A stretch of 32,000 nt of DNA, taken from positions 2,061,127-2,093,126 of the forward strand of contig NC_004459.3 of assembly GCF_000039765.1 (NCBI RefSeq), read 5' to 3'. Each line of letters begins with the position of its first letter. Position 1 is the first letter of the stretch. The translations under genes were made by a program, and so were the position numbers. The DNA comes from Vibrio vulnificus CMCP6. GTDB taxonomy: Bacteria; Pseudomonadota; Gammaproteobacteria; Enterobacterales; Vibrionaceae. Below are positions 1-8,758 of this stretch, one piece after another. The notes under the pieces were generated by a model. It ran no database searches. It had not been told where the DNA came from and was given only the letters and a program-made list of their open reading frames with translations.

Positions 1-1611
1 TACTCGAACTTCGTCTGCAACCACCGCAAAGCCGCGGCCTTGCTCGCCCGCACGCGCAGCTTCAATTGCCGCGTTGAGGGCAAGGAGGTTGGTTTGCTCT
101 GCAATGTTGCGAATCACATCGAGAATCGAGCCAATTTGACCACTCATGCGTTGCAATTCAGAAACCGCGCTGACCGACTCGTTTAGGCGAGTCTCCAATT
201 GATTGATGGTGGAGATATTGCTACTCATGATGGTACGGCCAGATTCAGATGCCGATTCCACTTTTTGCACCATTTCCAACGAACCTTGCGCGCTCTGGGC
301 CACTTCTTGAACGGAGTGACTCATTTCGGTCATTGCAGTGGCTACGCTGGCGGTTTGCTCGCGTTGTGCATTCAGTTGGTTTTGCGCGTTGCTCGAGGTA
401 CGTTCATTGTTTGCTGCGGTGTCGGTCAGATTTTCTGCCGCATCATTCAATTTCACCAAAATGTCGTGCAGGCTATCTGCCAGTGTATTGATGTGGCCAC
501 TCACTCGACTGAACTCGTTGTTGTAACGAATTTCGATACGCTGCGTCATATCACCGTTGGCAAGCCCTTCCAAAGTGGAAAGAATACGTGTTAACGGCTC
601 ACGAACGCTGTGGGCAATGTGATAGCCCACAGCGGCGGCAAAAATGGTCACCGCAATGCCAATCACAATCGCTTTGAGCAAGCCTTGGTCGTACACTTCG
701 CCTGCTTCAACCAAAGAGGTGTTGAGGTTGTCGGTTGCTGTTGTAGTAAAGGTTTCCAACAATCGCATCGCAGAGTCAACTTTGACCGCTAGGTTGGCGA
801 TGTTGTCATACAAAGCAGCTTTGGCTTCAAGGTAGCTGGCGTGTTTATCCAACACCCCGCCTTTTTGGCCCACGTCCTGAGTGAACTGCTCGACAGATGC
901 ATTGAACACATCTTTCAGTGATGGCAGTTGGGTAGTGAGGCCACGATAAGCGTAATTAAGGTGAGTGACCGCTTTCTTGTTTTTGTTCACTGCCTTTTTC
1001 ACAAACTCAAGGTCTGAGCTAGCCAAGGCGTCTGAGGTGATCACTTCAGCATCTTTTAACTTAATGAAATAGCTTTTTGCCATCACTTTGACAGAAATGC
1101 TGGATTGGTCATCGACGTACTCTTTCATACCAACCGTCAGTTCGGTGTGAAGTTTTTGGAAGCGACGTGACGATTTTTGCACTTCTGCTTGTGCAGCAAA
1201 CATCGCTTCATAGTTGTTCATTGCTTCATTGGCTTCCGCAAAGTAGCTGTTTTCAATTTCTCTGAGTTGAGCTAAAGACTCTGCGAGTGCAGGGTAGGCC
1301 TTGCTCGCGTTTTCCAGTTCGTTGAGCGTTTGGTTAAACTCAGTTTGCGATCTACCAAATTCGCTGCGCATCTGCGTCATGCGATCTTGGTTCTGCGTGG
1401 TGAGAAAATCTTTAAAAGATTTATCCGCAGATAACAACTCAACACTGGTTTGGTTGGATAACGAAACCAAAGGCAGTGAATTTTTCGAAACGGTTTCGAA
1501 GTTGGAATGAATTTGATTCATGCCATTGGTCATAATGGTGACTGTAACGGCAAACAAGACGATTATCAGCGCGAAGCCGGCATACATCCTTTTAATGACT
1601 GAGCCTTGCAT
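1..1611 (-). CDS. Methyl-accepting chemotaxis protein, partial (C-terminus beyond left edge)
   Basis: The minus-strand frame opens at ATG (CAT at 1609-1611) as [40 protein letters not shown] (N-terminal TM segment). At the window edge it reads [26 protein letters not shown], the hallmark MCP signalling hairpin. It is absent from the supplied ORF track, probably because it is cut by the edge. Confidence 0.96.
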   Translation of the reverse strand, partial: MQGSVIKRMYAGFALIIVLFAVTVTIMTNGMNQIHSNFETVSKNSLPLVSLSNQTSVELLSADKSFKDFLTTQNQDRMTQMRSEFGRSQTEFNQTLNELENASKAYPALAESLAQLREIENSYFAEANEAMNNYEAMFAAQAEVQKSSRRFQKLHTELTVGMKEYVDDQSSISVKVMAKSYFIKLKDAEVITSDALASSDLEFVKKAVNKNKKAVTHLNYAYRGLTTQLPSLKDVFNASVEQFTQDVGQKGGVLDKHASYLEAKAALYDNIANLAVKVDSAMRLLETFTTTATDNLNTSLVEAGEVYDQGLLKAIVIGIAVTIFAAAVGYHIAHSVREPLTRILSTLEGLANGDMTQRIEIRYNNEFSRVSGHINTLADSLHDILVKLNDAAENLTDTAANNERTSSNAQNQLNAQREQTASVATAMTEMSHSVQEVAQSAQGSLEMVQKVESASESGRTIMSSNISTINQLETRLNESVSAVSELQRMSGQIGSILDVIRNIAEQTNLLALNAAIEAARAGEQGRGFAVVADEVRV

Positions 1612-1641
1612 ACTTTGAGCCCTCTCCCACATGTAACAAAA

Positions 1642-1666
1642 GAAAAAAAGAAACGGAACCCGTCTC
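1642..1666 (-). terminator. Terminator-like hairpin plus U-tract in the 5' leader of the MCP gene
   Basis: Minus strand reads GAGACGG-GTT-CCGTTTC followed by TTTTTTT. The stem is 7 bp with one G:U that forms only in the minus-strand RNA. Confidence 0.5.
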
Positions 1667-1740
1667 AAAAAACTAACAAAATTGTCATCATTGTATTGAG
1701 ATTGAGATGAGCATTTTGTGGCGAGGGCTGCAAAAAAGAC

Positions 1741-1749
1741 TTTATAGCA
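1741..1749 (-). promoter_or_regulatory. Candidate extended -10 element for a leftward transcript toward the MCP gene
   Basis: Minus strand reads TGCTATAAA (TGn plus TATAAA). No good -35 was seen. Confidence 0.25.
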
Positions 1750-1851
1750 GGATGTTCTGTTGATAATGTTACGTGAACACTGTTTTTTATTGAGATGCAC
1801 ACAACGTTGGCGCATACTTATCCGGTTAAACAGCGACGTTATGGAGTACAC

Positions 1852-2202
1852 ATGGCCGAAGAAACTATCTTTAGCAAAATCATTCGCAAGGAAATTCCTG
1901 CTCAGATCCTTTTCCAAGATGATCTTGTCACCGCATTTCGTGACATCAACCCACGAGCACCGAAGCACATCCTAATTATTCCAAATAAACTCATTCCGAC
2001 AGTGAATGATGTTGAGGCGGATGATGAAGCGATGATGGGCCGCATGTTCACTGTCGCAAAACAGTTGGCCAAAGAAGAGGGCATCGCGGAAGAGGGCTAC
2101 CGTCTCATCGTGAACTGTAATGCGCATGGTGGCCAAGAGGTTTATCACATCCATATGCATTTAGTGGGTGGTAAGCCACTGGGTCCAATGTTATTGGGCT
2201 AA
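1852..2202 (+). CDS. hinT: HIT family purine nucleoside phosphoramidase
   Basis: [24 protein letters not shown]...; histidine triad [10 protein letters not shown] near the C-terminus. The 1795 start in the track is an upstream in-frame extension. Confidence 0.95.
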   Translation: MAEETIFSKIIRKEIPAQILFQDDLVTAFRDINPRAPKHILIIPNKLIPTVNDVEADDEAMMGRMFTVAKQLAKEEGIAEEGYRLIVNCNAHGGQEVYHIHMHLVGGKPLGPMLLG

Positions 2203-2211
2203 ATGTCAAAC

Positions 2212-2240
2212 AGCGGCCAGTGATTATCTGGCCGCTTTAT
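2212..2240 (+). terminator. Intrinsic terminator after hinT
   Basis: AGCGGCCAG-tgattat-CTGGCCGCT, a perfect 9 bp stem, followed by TTATTTT. Confidence 0.8.
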
Positions 2241-2267
2241 TTTCGATGCATTCTCTTGGAGTTACAT

Positions 2268-3662
2268 GTGAAGCAATACCGGAAATTAGTCGGAGTATTT
2301 GCCGCGACCCTGATCATGTCGGGATGCGCCAATATGTCCGCCGGTAACCTTTTCAGCCACTATAGTGAACAAAACCGCTCCGTCTATCAGGCTGTAAAAA
2401 GCGGCGATTACGCGCAAGCGCAAGAATTGCAAAGTGAGGGTGTTGCTGGCGACATTCTCGATAATATGGAAAAAGGACGCATTGCGTTCTTATCGGCAGA
2501 TTACCCCGAAAGTAAGAAAGCGCTAGAAGCAAGCGACATGGCGGTGAGAAAGTGGCAAGATTTGGCCAAAGTGTCTTTATCACAAACGGCAACCAGTGTG
2601 GGTTCGCTGGCGGTCAACGATAATCTCAACAACTACACACCGGCAGATTACGAACTGGGCTTTCTCCATTTGTATCTCGGTTTGAACTACCTTCAGCAGA
2701 ACAGCTTGGAGGGTGCATTGGTTGAAATGCGTCGTGCCAACCAAGTTCAGGAAGCCGCGCGTAAAGCGCGTGAAGACGATCTCCAGTCTGCTGAGCGTGA
2801 TATGCAAAAAAATGGCATGTCGACCAACTTGGGCAGCGTGTTGGCGAATTACCCCGATGCGGGGAAAACCTTACAATCGGTGCAAAATGGCTATCTGTTT
2901 TTCCTCTCGGGTCTTTTGTATGAAGCCTCAAAAGATCTCAATGGTGCTTATGTTGACTACCGCAGAGCCTTGGCGGTGAGTCCTAATAACCCTGCGGTTA
3001 TTGAAAGAACCATGCTGGTGGCGAAAAAGCTGGGCATGCGTGAAGATTTGGCCAAATTAGAAAAACGCTACGGTAAGCAAAACGACACCTTGGCGGGTGA
3101 ACAAGGCCGCGTGATTGTTATTGAAGAACAAGGGGTTGTTGAAGCGCTCCAAGGCTGGCGAATAGATTTACCTGTCTATGACAGTCGAGGCGTTGGAGCG
3201 CTGTATTCTCTCGCGCTACCTTATTACCCAAGCCAAAATTATCAGCGCTTTTCCCCATTACGTTTGAATCAACAGAAACTGGAAAGCCAGTTGTTGGCCG
3301 ATGTCGATCAGATGGCGAAGTACGACTTAAGTAAGCGTTTGCCTTCGATGGTGATTCGCCAGGCATTGCGTGTGGTGGCCAAAGATCAATTGCGTAAAGA
3401 AGCCGCCAAGGGCGATGACGTCGGCAATCTGTTGTTTAATGTTTGGAACGCGTTAACAGAGCAACCGGATACTCGTAGCTGGCAAACTTTACCAGCAAGA
3501 GTCAATGTAATGAGTGAAGTGGTCTCATCGGGTGAGCAAACATTGACATCCGGTGACAAAGATTACCAGTTCATGGTCGCAGACAAACAGACGACTTTGG
3601 TCTGGATTTCCCGTCAGGGAACTCACCAAACCATATGGCACAAACAATTAGGGAGGCTGTAA
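2268..3662 (+). CDS. COG3014-like putative lipoprotein
   Basis: GTG start gives VKQYRKLVGVFAATLIMSGCANMSAG (signal peptide plus lipobox). It is followed by helical repeat-like sequence, and the gene lies directly upstream of ycfL/lpoB. Confidence 0.85.
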   Translation: MKQYRKLVGVFAATLIMSGCANMSAGNLFSHYSEQNRSVYQAVKSGDYAQAQELQSEGVAGDILDNMEKGRIAFLSADYPESKKALEASDMAVRKWQDLAKVSLSQTATSVGSLAVNDNLNNYTPADYELGFLHLYLGLNYLQQNSLEGALVEMRRANQVQEAARKAREDDLQSAERDMQKNGMSTNLGSVLANYPDAGKTLQSVQNGYLFFLSGLLYEASKDLNGAYVDYRRALAVSPNNPAVIERTMLVAKKLGMREDLAKLEKRYGKQNDTLAGEQGRVIVIEEQGVVEALQGWRIDLPVYDSRGVGALYSLALPYYPSQNYQRFSPLRLNQQKLESQLLADVDQMAKYDLSKRLPSMVIRQALRVVAKDQLRKEAAKGDDVGNLLFNVWNALTEQPDTRSWQTLPARVNVMSEVVSSGEQTLTSGDKDYQFMVADKQTTLVWISRQGTHQTIWHKQLGRL

Positions 3663-4051
3663 TGAGAGCTTGGATTATTTCGGCATTGGTTTTGCTTGGC
3701 TTAGCAGGCTGTGCAGAGAATACGGCGGGAATGCGAGTCGATGGTGAAACGCAACACGTCTTTTTCCATGACAATGTATTGGGTGGCAGACTATTGGTCG
3801 ATGACATCGCCACGACGCAAGTGGATGATCGCGCCCGTGCGGTTGTGCGTCTAACCAGCAATTTTAAAGGCGATCAGAACATCCTTTATCGCTTTGCTTG
3901 GTACGATGACAACGGCCTAGAAGTGAACACCAAGCCAGGCCCTTGGCGTCAAGCCATTGTGCGTGGTTTTGAATCTATTACCCTTTCGGAAGTAACGGTG
4001 AATCCGAATGGCACTCAATATCGCTTGCAAATCCGTGCAGCAAATGAATAA
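3662..4051 (+). CDS. ycfL: YcfL family lipoprotein
   Basis: MRAWIISALVLLGLAGCAENTAG lipobox. Start overlaps the upstream stop as TAATG. Position directly upstream of lpoB matches the enterobacterial order. Confidence 0.82.
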   Translation: MRAWIISALVLLGLAGCAENTAGMRVDGETQHVFFHDNVLGGRLLVDDIATTQVDDRARAVVRLTSNFKGDQNILYRFAWYDDNGLEVNTKPGPWRQAIVRGFESITLSEVTVNPNGTQYRLQIRAANE

Positions 4052-4069
4052 AAAATGTGAGGACTAAAA

Positions 4070-4660
4070 ATGAATAAAGGTGTTGTCGCCTTACTAGGCT
4101 TAGCTGTTTTACTGGGTGGTTGTTCTAACCGAGTTTCTTATGGTGATGCGCAAGCTACTGAAACCACTACCATCGACTTTGGTTCGACGGACTTACAAAC
4201 CATCGCCGGTCAAATGGTGGATAGTATGATGATGTCTGGCTCTGTGGCGGCGATTACGCGCGACAGTCGCCCAATTGTGTTTGTTGAACGCATTAAAAAC
4301 AAAACCAGTGAGCATATTGATACGGAATCCATCACCGACACTATTTCAACCAAAATGCTTAACTCAGGTAAGTTCCGTTTTGTCGACATGGATCGCGTAG
4401 AAGCGGTACGTGAACAACTGAACTTCCAAAACAATGATGAGCTTGTGAACCAATCTACCGCGATTCAGTTTGGTAAAATGGTTGGCGCTCAGTACATGTT
4501 ATACGGTAATTTGTCGAGCATCGTGAAAAACGACGGTAGCGACAAAGACGTGTACTACAAAATGACCATGCGCTTGATGGATCTGGAAACCGGTTTAATT
4601 GAGTGGGCGGATGAAACTGAAATCCGTAAGCAGCAGTCTAAGAGCTTGTTAGGACTATAA
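4070..4660 (+). CDS. lpoB: Penicillin-binding protein activator LpoB
   Basis: MNKGVVALLGLAVLLGGCSNRVSYGDAQATETTTIDFGSTDLQTIAGQMVDSMM...; lipobox LLGGC and LpoB-like body. Confidence 0.9.
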   Translation: MNKGVVALLGLAVLLGGCSNRVSYGDAQATETTTIDFGSTDLQTIAGQMVDSMMMSGSVAAITRDSRPIVFVERIKNKTSEHIDTESITDTISTKMLNSGKFRFVDMDRVEAVREQLNFQNNDELVNQSTAIQFGKMVGAQYMLYGNLSSIVKNDGSDKDVYYKMTMRLMDLETGLIEWADETEIRKQQSKSLLGL

Positions 4661-4677
4661 ACAATGTGAGGTCACCT

Positions 4678-5553
4678 ATGGCATGGTTTTCTTGGCAACA
4701 GGCAAAACAACTGGATCCGAGTTTAAACGCGGTAGGTGACTTTTTTGTACCCGCACCCATGCAGGTACAAACAGTGACTGGTGGTTTAACCAACCGATGT
4801 TGGAAAATCAACGATCACGCAGGCAAATCTTACGTTTGGAGGCCGGCAAGCAAAGTTTGTCAGGCCTTTTCTATCTCTCGCTACAGTGAATACCAAATTC
4901 TCAATGCCATTGCCGATTTAAAACTCGGCCCCAAGCCTGTGCTGGTCAATGAGCATGGCGTCTTAGTGGAATGGCTAGAAGGTGAGACGATGCGTGATGG
5001 GGTTGCGCCCGACACCTTACTCAAAACCGCGATCAAAATTCATCAGTTTGATGCTCACACCTTACCTTTAGCACCGTTTAGTTATACCGCTCGAGTGGAT
5101 CACTATTGGATGCAATTGGAAGGGAAATATCTGGGCAGCGAATATGAAAACCTTTACCAACAGTGGCGCAGTGCTCCATCTGTCACTCCACTTCCCGTTG
5201 CCCTTTGTCATTTCGATTTAGGTGGATACAACATGGTGAAAGGGCCGGACGGGGTAAAAGTGATCGATTGGGAATACGCGGCATTGGCGGATCCTCGCTT
5301 AGATTTAACTCTGACGATTCAGCTATCCGGTGAAGATTGGTTCGAAATGGTCTGCCGTTACTGCCAACTTCGCGAGATTGACGAGGTTGAGGTGTGGATT
5401 GAGGGGGTTAAAGCATGGCAACCAAGAACCACTATGATGGCCATGTTGTGGTATCTGCTTGCACACAAAATCTGGGGTGATGATGAATATTTGCTCACTG
5501 CCAAACAAATGCTTCACTCATTATGCCATGAGGATCACTGTTTGCACGGTTGA
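4678..5553 (+). CDS. thiK: Thiamine kinase-like / choline-kinase-fold phosphotransferase
   Basis: Catalytic loop CHFDLGGYN (HxDxxxxN) and VIDWEYA, with synteny between lpoB and ycfP. ATG at 4678 has a GAGG Shine-Dalgarno; the track's GTG start at 4666 is less likely. Confidence 0.78.
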   Translation: MAWFSWQQAKQLDPSLNAVGDFFVPAPMQVQTVTGGLTNRCWKINDHAGKSYVWRPASKVCQAFSISRYSEYQILNAIADLKLGPKPVLVNEHGVLVEWLEGETMRDGVAPDTLLKTAIKIHQFDAHTLPLAPFSYTARVDHYWMQLEGKYLGSEYENLYQQWRSAPSVTPLPVALCHFDLGGYNMVKGPDGVKVIDWEYAALADPRLDLTLTIQLSGEDWFEMVCRYCQLREIDEVEVWIEGVKAWQPRTTMMAMLWYLLAHKIWGDDEYLLTAKQMLHSLCHEDHCLHG

Positions 5554-5592
5554 GACAAGTTCGCACTTTAAACCCTTGTAATTCGTGGTAGA

Positions 5593-5721
5593 TTGAAAGC
5601 ATTAATCAAGTCACTCCAAGATGCACTGTTTGCGCTGCGTGTTATCGCCCGTTGCCCACACTGTGTTGCTGTTTGCGAAGGTATGTTGAAGTCACTTGGG
5701 ATAAGTACCAAGAATAGTTAG
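5593..5721 (+). CDS. Candidate small ORF, 42 aa, CPHC-containing (TTG start), hypothetical
   Basis: (M)KALIKSLQDALFALRVIARCPHCVAVCEGMLKSLGISTKNS, ending 12 nt before the ycfP ATG. Coding is inferred only from an open frame and the Cys pattern. Confidence 0.3.
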   Translation: MKALIKSLQDALFALRVIARCPHCVAVCEGMLKSLGISTKNS

Positions 5722-5733
5722 GGAGAGGTACAC

Positions 5734-6276
5734 ATGATTATCTACCTTCACGGTTTCGACTCAACAAGCCCAGGTAACCACGAAAAAGTATTGCAGCTGC
5801 AGTTTATCGATCCAGACGTGCGTTTCATCAACTACAGCACGCTTCATCCGAAGCACGATATGCAGCACTTGTTAAAAGAAGTTCATAAAGCGATTGAACA
5901 ATCAAACGATCCTGAACCGATTATTTGTGGCGTTGGTCTCGGTGGTTATTGGTCAGAACGCATCGGTTTTCTTTGCGGTATCAAGCAAGTCATTTTTAAC
6001 CCTAATCTTCATCCAGAAAACAATATGGCAGGTCGCATTGACCGTCCGGAAGAGTATGAAGATATTGCAACCAAATGTGTCGAACAGTTTCGTATGAAGA
6101 ACAAAGGGCGCTGTTTAGTGATCTTGTCACGTGATGATGAAATCCACGACAACAGTAAAACAGCACAAGCGCTTGAGAATTACTACGAAGTGGTTTGGGA
6201 TGACAAAGAAACCCATAAATTCAAAAAGATATCTCAGCACTTGCAGAAGATGAAAGCATTTAAAGAAAACAACTGA
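5734..6276 (+). CDS. ycfP: YcfP (UPF0227) alpha/beta-hydrolase-like protein
   Basis: [36 protein letters not shown]...[17 protein letters not shown], closely resembling remembered E. coli YcfP. Confidence 0.95.
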   Translation: MIIYLHGFDSTSPGNHEKVLQLQFIDPDVRFINYSTLHPKHDMQHLLKEVHKAIEQSNDPEPIICGVGLGGYWSERIGFLCGIKQVIFNPNLHPENNMAGRIDRPEEYEDIATKCVEQFRMKNKGRCLVILSRDDEIHDNSKTAQALENYYEVVWDDKETHKFKKISQHLQKMKAFKENN

Positions 6277-6317
6277 GCGCTTTTATCGCCTCATTTGAAC
6301 CTCTAAATCCGACACAC

Positions 6318-6347
6318 AAGCACCTAGCGATAGGTGCTTTTTCTTTA
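6318..6347 (+). terminator. Intrinsic terminator after ycfP
   Basis: AAGCACCTA-GCGA-TAGGTGCTT, a perfect 9 bp stem with a GNRA loop, followed by TTTCTTT. Confidence 0.8.
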
Positions 6348-6450
6348 TCTGTTATAGGGGCTACAAAAGCGCCATGCGATGTCGATGCTTTGTTTTGAGG
6401 TGAGAGCAGTAGAAAACATCACCATTCCGTATGGGTAGTAAGGATTTTTG

Positions 6451-6478
6451 TTGCGGTTGTGATTTCGCGCTATATAAT
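6451..6478 (+). promoter_or_regulatory. Predicted sigma70-type promoter upstream of ndh
   Basis: TTGCGG (6451-6456), 16 bp spacer, TATAAT (6473-6478). Confidence 0.5.
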
Positions 6479-6496
6479 GAACCACTATAAAATAAT

Positions 6497-6510
6497 TTGA
6501 TAAATATCAA
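6497..6510 (+). promoter_or_regulatory. FNR-type binding site
   Basis: TTGATAAATATCAA is an exact match to TTGATNNNNATCAA, about 18 bp after the predicted -10. Confidence 0.7.
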
Positions 6511-6720
6511 AAAAAATTGAGAGCGAGTAAAAAAACTTGCCCAATTCGTATTGTCGAGGTGATCTCCAATACGCTTTTATCCAAACGTTAAATGCCCTTT
6601 GATAACCCTGAACAGAACGTTCACAAGCACAAGATTTCTCTGTAGGACGCGTTACTGGTGATAACACCGAATGACCCGTCGTGCAGGACCCTTTTTATTA
6701 TTTTGTAGAGGATTATCACT

Positions 6721-8010
6721 GTGACACGAATTATCGTTGTTGGTGGCGGTGCTGGTGGCCTAGAGTTGGCAACCAAATTAGGTCGCACATTAGGTCGTAA
6801 AAGACGTGCTCAAATCACCCTAGTGGATCGCAAGGCGAGCCATTTATGGAAGCCATTGCTGCATGAAGTGGCGACAGGCTCTCTGGATGAAGGGGTTGAT
6901 GCGCTAAGCTACCGTGCTCATGCCAAAAACCACTGTTTCGATTTCCAAATGGGCAGCCTAGAGAACATCGACCGTGAACGTAAGGTTGTGATTCTAAGTG
7001 AATTAAAAGACGAGCACGGTGAGCTATTGATGCCAAGCCGTGAGCTCGAATACGATCTCTTGGTTCTCGCGATTGGCTCAACATCAAATGACTTCAACAC
7101 CCCAGGTGTACGTGAGCACTGTATCTTCCTTGATAGTCCAGAGCAGGCGCACCGTTTCCGTCATGAAATGAACAACGAATTCCTTAAGCTGCACGCCAAA
7201 AATGGCCATGGCACCGTCGACATCGCGATTGTTGGTGCTGGCGCGACGGGGGTTGAGCTTTCTGCGGAATTGCACAATGCCATTAAAGAGCTGCGCACTT
7301 ACGGTTTTGGCGATCTCGATTCCAGCAAACTAAACGTCAACCTTGTCGAAGCGGGCGAACGAATTCTTCCTGCATTGCCACCGCGCATTTCCTCCGCGGC
7401 ACACAGTGAATTGGTGAAGCTCGGGGTGAATGTTCGTACCGCAACTATGGTGACAAAGGCCGAAGCGGATGGCTTGACCACCAAAGATGGAGAGAAGATC
7501 CCAGCGCAAATCATGGTTTGGGCGGCGGGTATTAAAGCGCCTGATTTCATGAAAGACATTGCGGGCTTGGAAACCAACCGCATTAACCAGCTCGTAGTGA
7601 AAAATACGCTGCAAACTACGCGCGATGACAATATTTTCGTGATCGGTGATTTGGCTCAGTGTACTCAAGCGGATGGCAAGTTTGTGCCGCCACGTGCGCA
7701 AGCTGCGCACCAAATGGCGAGCCATGCGTTTAGCAACATCATCGCCAAACTCAATGGCCGTGAGCTGAAAGATTACGTGTATAAAGATCATGGTTCATTG
7801 GTTTCACTCAGCCGCTTCTCTACCGTGGGCAGCTTAATGGGCAACCTGACCAAAGGTTCAATGATGGTGGAAGGCCGTATCGCGCGCGTTGTGTACATTT
7901 CGCTGTACCGCATGCATCAAATGGCGCTACACGGTATTTTCAAAACGGGTTTGATGATGTTGGTTGGTCGTATCAACCGCGTATTACGTCCAAACTTGAA
8001 ACTTCACTAA
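6721..8010 (+). CDS. ndh: Type II NADH:quinone oxidoreductase
   Basis: GTG start with a GAGG upstream; (M)[20 protein letters not shown] (FAD-binding GxGxxG), [31 protein letters not shown]. Confidence 0.96.
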   Translation: MTRIIVVGGGAGGLELATKLGRTLGRKRRAQITLVDRKASHLWKPLLHEVATGSLDEGVDALSYRAHAKNHCFDFQMGSLENIDRERKVVILSELKDEHGELLMPSRELEYDLLVLAIGSTSNDFNTPGVREHCIFLDSPEQAHRFRHEMNNEFLKLHAKNGHGTVDIAIVGAGATGVELSAELHNAIKELRTYGFGDLDSSKLNVNLVEAGERILPALPPRISSAAHSELVKLGVNVRTATMVTKAEADGLTTKDGEKIPAQIMVWAAGIKAPDFMKDIAGLETNRINQLVVKNTLQTTRDDNIFVIGDLAQCTQADGKFVPPRAQAAHQMASHAFSNIIAKLNGRELKDYVYKDHGSLVSLSRFSTVGSLMGNLTKGSMMVEGRIARVVYISLYRMHQMALHGIFKTGLMMLVGRINRVLRPNLKLH

Positions 8011-8037
8011 TTGAAATACGAAGTGACGAACTGACCC

Positions 8038-8063
8038 AAAAGGAGCCAACGAGCTCCTTTTTT
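8038..8063 (+). terminator. Terminator between ndh and the convergent GNAT gene (possibly bidirectional)
   Basis: AAAAGGAGC-caacga-GCTCCTTTT followed by TT. Confidence 0.75.
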
Positions 8064-8095
8064 AATGGCTGATATTTCTCCCATTCGTGTCAGTA

Positions 8096-8644
8096 TTAAT
8101 GCATATCTTGGGGAATCAATGAATAGACCAAACCATCTTGTGGTTTGTCGTGGAAAACAAAGCGATTACGGGCGATGGTCTCTTGTTTGGCATGGCAAGA
8201 TTCAATCAGTTTCTGGCTAGCTTGGTTATCAATTGCGCACACAATTTCCAATCGAGTTAGTTTGAGTTTGGCAAAGCAAAACTCCGCCAGCGCCCACATG
8301 GCTTCTTTGGCTAGCCCTTGGCGCTGATGATCGTCGGCGATCCAATAACCGAGACTGGCCATGTTGAAGGTGTGGTAAAGCTCATTGATGGCCACCATGC
8401 CAACCAGTTCATCACTGCCTTTGAGAAATATGCCAAACCCATACGCGTCAGCTTTCACCCAGTTCAATCGGGTCATGAGAAGAAAGCTTTGCGCTTCTTT
8501 TTCGCTGTAATTCGGGTGACACCAATCGATCCATTGATGGAGAGAAGTTGAACGACGAATTAACCTCGCCAACTCACTCGCACGCTCGGCTTCGATTAAA
8601 CGTAAGGTCACTCGTTGGGTTACGATATGGAAATCGGGACTCAT
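8096..8644 (-). CDS. GNAT family N-acetyltransferase (RimJ/RimL-like)
   Basis: VTLRLIEAERASELARLI...GYWIADDHQRQGLAKEAMWALAEFCF...RLEIVCAIDNQASQKLIE; acetyl-CoA-binding loop like Q/RxxGxA plus the N-x-AS motif. Confidence 0.9.
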   Translation of the reverse strand: MSPDFHIVTQRVTLRLIEAERASELARLIRRSTSLHQWIDWCHPNYSEKEAQSFLLMTRLNWVKADAYGFGIFLKGSDELVGMVAINELYHTFNMASLGYWIADDHQRQGLAKEAMWALAEFCFAKLKLTRLEIVCAIDNQASQKLIESCHAKQETIARNRFVFHDKPQDGLVYSLIPQDMH

Positions 8645-8703
8645 GGCAATTCCGTTATAAGCATTTGAGTTAAGTATAAATGATAACTTTGTGAATTGGT
8701 TGA

Positions 8704-8736
8704 GAAAAACAAAGCCCCCGACACAGTCGAGGGCTT
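8704..8736 (-). terminator. Terminator downstream of csiV
   Basis: Hairpin AAGCCCCCGAC-ACA-GTCGAGGGCTT (11 positions, one mismatch); the minus strand then reads TGTTTTT. Confidence 0.7.
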
Positions 8737-8758
8737 ATGAGCAAAGGGCGTGTAGAGG

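Noticed and set aside
199-594. 131-aa plus-strand ORF (and 249-491, 338-526) at the left end
   Set aside because: Antisense to the MCP coding frame, whose translation is unambiguous.
1760-1975. Plus-strand ORF overlapping the hinT start
   Set aside because: Out of frame with hinT and mostly inside it. The hinT protein begins convincingly at 1852.
6485-6667. 60-aa minus-strand ORF in the ndh leader
   Set aside because: No motif or ribosome-binding site seen, and it overlaps the predicted ndh promoter/leader and FNR box.
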